Virus record (IMG/VR): IMGVR_UViG_3300011904_000029
Coordinates: 70,312-134,311 of that record
Length of the DNA: 64,000 nt
DNA from: a virus
Taxonomy: Duplodnaviria > Heunggongvirae > Uroviricota > Caudoviricetes
Direction: 5' to 3' (one strand)
Shown here: in pieces, positions 59,934 to 64,000 of the stretch
Position numbering within the stretch: position 1 is the stretch's first letter
Layout: the number at the start of each line of letters is the position of its first letter
Notes under the pieces: generated by a model
The model's input: only the letters and a program-made list of their open reading frames with translations
Databases searched by the model: none
What the model was told of the DNA's origin: nothing
Made by a program: the position numbers and the translations under genes

Positions 59934-62348
59934 ATGAACGAATTTACTATATATAATGATCCGATTTTACCACGAAAAAGAAGTGGTATACCAGGAGACC
60001 CTTATAAAAGAATTACTGAGACATTATGGGTTGACAAGGGAATTGCTTATTTAAGTGAGGTTCCAAATCGCTTTGATAGAGTTGTAGTTACTGGAGCGCC
60101 TCATCCTCTTTATGAAGTTAACGATGGTGAGTTAACAATAAACACTTACAAGGTTGATTATGTTTATGGAGAGGTATTCTTTCATGAATCTCTAAATAAA
60201 AAGAGTCTAACTTTTTCATACCTTGGAACAGGGGTTTTATTGATTCCTGATTCTAGGATTTATCTAACTGATGACAAAAACTATGGGAGTGCAAAAATTA
60301 AATTTCAAGACATTGATAGAGGTATATTAGAGCAAAAAAACAGAGTTGATAATTTAATCAGATCAACACCCCAGCCAAGTGAATTAGTTGATGTTAGAAC
60401 TGATAGAAATGGAAAAGTTTATTCTGTAGCAAAAGACAGAGTTGACGCTGAGCAAAAGAAAATAGAAGATGCTCAAGTTGATCTTAACAATAAGAAATAT
60501 AACTCTTTAAAAGAAAGAATAGACGCAGGTCAAAAGATAGTACAAGATGCTTTTTTAGCATCAAATAAAGAAACTTTATTTGACAACTTGGATGAAAGGT
60601 TAACACATGATTACAACAGCATTCTAAATACTGTGGATACAGAAGTCTCTAATATTCTTAACACATTGAATACAGAAGTATCTAAGTTAAATAAAAAGAT
60701 AGAAAGAAATGTTAATATTTTAGATTACGGTGCAGTTGGTGATGGAAAAACCAACGATACTAAAGCTATTCAAGATACCACAAGATTGGTAAGCGAAAAG
60801 GGTGGTGGAACCATAACATTTCCAAATGGTCATTACATTATAGACGTGGACGAGTTTGTTTTATATTCAAATGTAAAATGGTCATTGTATGATGGGGCTG
60901 TTTTAGATGTTACTAATACTCTTTTACGTGCAAAAGCAACAGGGAGAGGTTATGGAAATGGAGTTACAAATTTTAGCATCGAAGGGGGAACAGTCAGAGG
61001 TAACTTTGAAAAACTTGCCGCAGGAACAGTGAAACCTTCAAAATTTCTTATGCATCATGCTCAACATCTTAAATTTAGAAATGTATTATTCTATGAAATG
61101 GCATATGGTCACGTTTTCGATTTATGTGGGTGTTCGGATGTAATATTTGATGGATGCACTTTCCAAGGAAGATACATACCTCCAGATGAACAAGATTTAG
61201 ATTACAAAGAATGTATTCAAATTGATCACTCAAGCAATACAGGATTAGGATATACAGATGAATCGGAACATACAGACGGTTTACCAACAAGAAATGTAAC
61301 TGTTCGGGATTGTCAGTTCTTGCCTATTAAAAAAGGTAATTCAATTGTTTATTATGCTCCTACTCCAATGGGAAACCATAGTCAATTTCCAAAAGCACCT
61401 TACAACATTGTCTTTCGTAACAATTATATGGAGTCTGTTAATGCTATCTCGGCTAATGATTGGACTGAGAAATTTCCAGGATGGGTTCATTTTTCCACTG
61501 TTCGGGACTTAATTATTGAAAATAATGTTTTCAATAATGTTACAGGTCAACGAGCAAGTGCTTTTACTTGTAGAGACCGTCAAATGCATTTTTCCAATGA
61601 ACCTAATATTCCTCAAACAACGGAATATGACCAAATCGGTAATATTACATTCCGAGACAATAAAATTATTGGATTCACTGGACAGGGACAGGTGGGAATG
61701 GTTGGTATAGTTGGCATAAAGGGGTGGTATGGTTACAAAGAAATCAAAAATATTTATATCACCGGAAATCAGTTCATTGATTGTGGACGGTTGCGTCAGT
61801 GGAGAGCGGACGATAAAGCTATTGAGTGTATTGAATTGACGCAAGTTAAAACAGCAAATGTTGATTCAAACTATTTCTATAATGTGGACAGACCTATTTT
61901 TACTGGGCCTCCACCCAATAACCAAGACTGGGTTGGGGAAACAAACTTAAAATTCACTAACAACTATGTCGATGAAGTTGGTTATAATACGGCAAATATT
62001 TCTCATTTGGGTGGAATTTTAATTATCTCTGGAAACACTTTTAAAAATATTAGCGGCAGCATTAGAGTTGTTGGAGATGCTGGAAAAGTCATTATCCAAA
62101 ACAACACTATCACAACAAGTAACACAAGAACATTAGATAAGGCAGAGTTATCATCTATTTCTGAGTATTTTAAAGACAAAATATTTTCGTTATCTGGATC
62201 AGAAAAAAGAGTGTATTACATCACAGGTAATGTAGGTATTTGTGATAAAAATGTTTGGAGTTATTTAATTTTCATGTCAACTGGAAGTAAGCCAACTTTG
62301 CACCAAAATAGTAATTTTGGTGACACAAAAAATAAAGTTAATGTGTAG
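59934..62348 (+). CDS. tail spike/depolymerase with a beta-helix (pectate-lyase-like) domain and YomF-like N-terminus
   Basis: NILDYGAVGDGKTNDTKAIQ...GGGTITFPNGHY; parallel beta-helix repeats. Confidence 0.8.
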   Translation: MNEFTIYNDPILPRKRSGIPGDPYKRITETLWVDKGIAYLSEVPNRFDRVVVTGAPHPLYEVNDGELTINTYKVDYVYGEVFFHESLNKKSLTFSYLGTGVLLIPDSRIYLTDDKNYGSAKIKFQDIDRGILEQKNRVDNLIRSTPQPSELVDVRTDRNGKVYSVAKDRVDAEQKKIEDAQVDLNNKKYNSLKERIDAGQKIVQDAFLASNKETLFDNLDERLTHDYNSILNTVDTEVSNILNTLNTEVSKLNKKIERNVNILDYGAVGDGKTNDTKAIQDTTRLVSEKGGGTITFPNGHYIIDVDEFVLYSNVKWSLYDGAVLDVTNTLLRAKATGRGYGNGVTNFSIEGGTVRGNFEKLAAGTVKPSKFLMHHAQHLKFRNVLFYEMAYGHVFDLCGCSDVIFDGCTFQGRYIPPDEQDLDYKECIQIDHSSNTGLGYTDESEHTDGLPTRNVTVRDCQFLPIKKGNSIVYYAPTPMGNHSQFPKAPYNIVFRNNYMESVNAISANDWTEKFPGWVHFSTVRDLIIENNVFNNVTGQRASAFTCRDRQMHFSNEPNIPQTTEYDQIGNITFRDNKIIGFTGQGQVGMVGIVGIKGWYGYKEIKNIYITGNQFIDCGRLRQWRADDKAIECIELTQVKTANVDSNYFYNVDRPIFTGPPPNNQDWVGETNLKFTNNYVDEVGYNTANISHLGGILIISGNTFKNISGSIRVVGDAGKVIIQNNTITTSNTRTLDKAELSSISEYFKDKIFSLSGSEKRVYYITGNVGICDKNVWSYLIFMSTGSKPTLHQNSNFGDTKNKVNV

Positions 62349-62586
62349 ATTGTTCACATCCAGTTTAGTTCCGCTGAAACTCTGAAATGACCAACTTGAC
62401 TATTTCCATCGACAAAAGAAGATGATGTGGAGCCGTGAAAATCACTACATTATACAGTGAAGATAAAGAATATGGTGTAGCAATTTGCCTTATACGAAAA
62501 AAGTGAAATAAATAAATTCTAACAAAAAGAAGCGCCAATTTGGCACTTCTTTTTTGTGTTTAAAAAATCATGAGGAGGAATAATAA

Positions 62587-62820
62587 ATGACAAATTTTGA
62601 AGTACAAGTTACATCAGTAAACATGAGATACTCTGGAGGACAAGTTTCCAGTGTACAAGTACATTTTACTGGGCATGACGAAGAAAGAACAATTAATCTG
62701 AATGGTTATATTCCATTAACTTCTGAAGAATATCAAGGAAACGAATCTATCACAAATCTTGAGGCGATGGTAAGACAAAAAGTATCACAACGGTTAATGG
62801 AAGGTGTAGAAGAAGATTGA
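62587..62820 (+). CDS. small hypothetical tail-associated protein
   Basis: GAGGAGG RBS; 77 aa. Confidence 0.7.
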   Translation: MTNFEVQVTSVNMRYSGGQVSSVQVHFTGHDEERTINLNGYIPLTSEEYQGNESITNLEAMVRQKVSQRLMEGVEED

Positions 62821-62927
62821 TTGTAAAATAAATACATAAACAACCTAATAAAATGTAAGTTTTAATTCAAAGGCTGTGAGGGTTATTCTCATGGCCTTTT
62901 TATTTTGCCAATTTCGGAGGAATGAGT

Positions 62928-63308
62928 ATGGATATTGAAGCGATCAATAAAATAGCAGCTTCAGAGGTTGTGTTTGCAGTTCTGTTTATTGCTTTATTTG
63001 TGCTTGTTGTAAAGGCGATAGGAAAGTATGTACAGCAACTAAGAGATGACAGTAAACAAATTAGAGAAGAAAGCAAAGAAAGAGAAGAAAAAATTGAAAA
63101 GCTTTATGAGGAATATAAAGCAGAAGCTAAAGAGCGTGAACAAGAAGCTAAAGAAAGAGAAAAGAGATTGCTTGACCACTTAGAAAAATCTAATGAAAGC
63201 CAAGAGCGCACCTCTCAAACGCTCGAAAAGATTGAAGGAAACTTGAGGCGTGTGGAAGACAGTATTTCAGATGTTTGGAAAAAAATTAAGCAGATTGATG
63301 ATAAGTAA
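62928..63308 (+). CDS. BhlA/UviB-family holin-like protein
   Basis: N-terminal TM (VFAVLFIALF), then SKEREEK coiled coil; adjacent to the amidase. Confidence 0.8.
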   Translation: MDIEAINKIAASEVVFAVLFIALFVLVVKAIGKYVQQLRDDSKQIREESKEREEKIEKLYEEYKAEAKEREQEAKEREKRLLDHLEKSNESQERTSQTLEKIEGNLRRVEDSISDVWKKIKQIDDK

Positions 63309-63334
63309 TTTAAAACAATATAGGAGGAATAAGA

Positions 63335-64000
63335 ATGAAAATCACACAGCAATTTTTAACCAAAAACCCTTTTTCTCGACCAGGAAACAAATTAATTGGT
63401 GTGCGTGGAGTGGTAATCCACTGGGTTGCAAATCCAAATACAACAGCGTCAGCAAATAGAAATTTCTTTGAAAATCGTAAATTTGGAAAAACAAATTATG
63501 GTTCTGCACATTATATTGTTAACTTAAATGGCGATATTATTCAATGCCTACCAGAAAACGAGGTTGGATATCATGTAGGATCGAACACATATACTAGCGC
63601 AGCACTTAGAAAACTTTCAAGTTACCCTAATAACTGCACGATTGGTATCGAGTGCACTCACATTGATTGGAACGGAAAAATGAATAGCGCTACATACAAT
63701 GAGACATTGAAACTAGCTGTTCATTTACTTAAAAAGTATAAGCTTACCGAAAATGATTTGTGGCTTCATAAAACAGTTGTCGGATGGAAACCATGCCATT
63801 TATGGTTTGTGAACAATAATGCTGAGTGGGTTAAGTTTAAACGTAAGGCAGGAGAAATGTTGCGTGGGAAGGCTCAGTTGAATCCTGAAGTTAACACAAA
63901 AGATATGATTCATCCCGCCCCTAATTCTGACGGTACTTACACAGTGCGCAAAGGAGATACTTTCTGGGGTATTTCTAAACAGTTGGACATTCCAGTAGAG
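63335..64000 (+). CDS. N-acetylmuramoyl-L-alanine amidase endolysin with a LysM domain (partial, runs off the window)
   Basis: Not in the ORF track; AGGAGG RBS; VVIHWVAN...SAHYIV...E..YHVG...GIECTH...CH; YTVRKGDTFWGISKQ at the end. Confidence 0.9.
   Translation, partial: MKITQQFLTKNPFSRPGNKLIGVRGVVIHWVANPNTTASANRNFFENRKFGKTNYGSAHYIVNLNGDIIQCLPENEVGYHVGSNTYTSAALRKLSSYPNNCTIGIECTHIDWNGKMNSATYNETLKLAVHLLKKYKLTENDLWLHKTVVGWKPCHLWFVNNNAEWVKFKRKAGEMLRGKAQLNPEVNTKDMIHPAPNSDGTYTVRKGDTFWGISKQLDIPVE

Noticed and set aside
62349-62520. Coding-like sequence after the beta-helix tail spike
   Set aside because: All frames contain stops within about 25 codons and there is no RBS; at most a decayed remnant

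Overview
This is a 64-kb AT-rich segment of a large temperate SPbeta-like siphophage or prophage from a Bacillus-type host. No host genes, tRNA, rRNA or CRISPR array were seen. Left arm (1-17.8 kb, mostly minus strand): many small early ORFs behind sigmaA-type promoters, a YonV-like P-loop protein, a DUF4942-type adenine methyltransferase, a polyvalent protein, a YonT/SR6-like type I toxin-antitoxin locus, an 800-bp non-coding strand-skew switch, a primase-like protein, and ORF6C, ParB, RecD2-like and Cro-like genes. Right arm (18.1-64 kb, plus strand): a late module in SPbeta yonN-yomE gene order (HU, PhoH, phosphoesterase, ClpP-like, terminase, portal, scaffold, capsid, tail tube, tyrosine recombinase, tape measure, distal tail, tail spikes, holin, amidase). 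Main points: (1) the tape-measure gene is split by three phase-0 group I introns separated by 75-nt and 63-nt mini-exons, and only the middle intron carries an endonuclease; (2) the tail-tube gene ends in an SPP1-type CCC-UAA +1 frameshift site whose extension encodes only the first two strands of an FN3 domain, while the rest of that domain starts the next, separately initiated Ig-domain gene; (3) an orphan PemK/MazF-like gene is followed by a roughly 400-nt structured RNA with its own promoter and terminator; (4) a 555-aa HTH/zinc-finger protein sits where SPbeta has its YonO RNA polymerase. Family assignments come from motif recognition and gene order, not from database searches.
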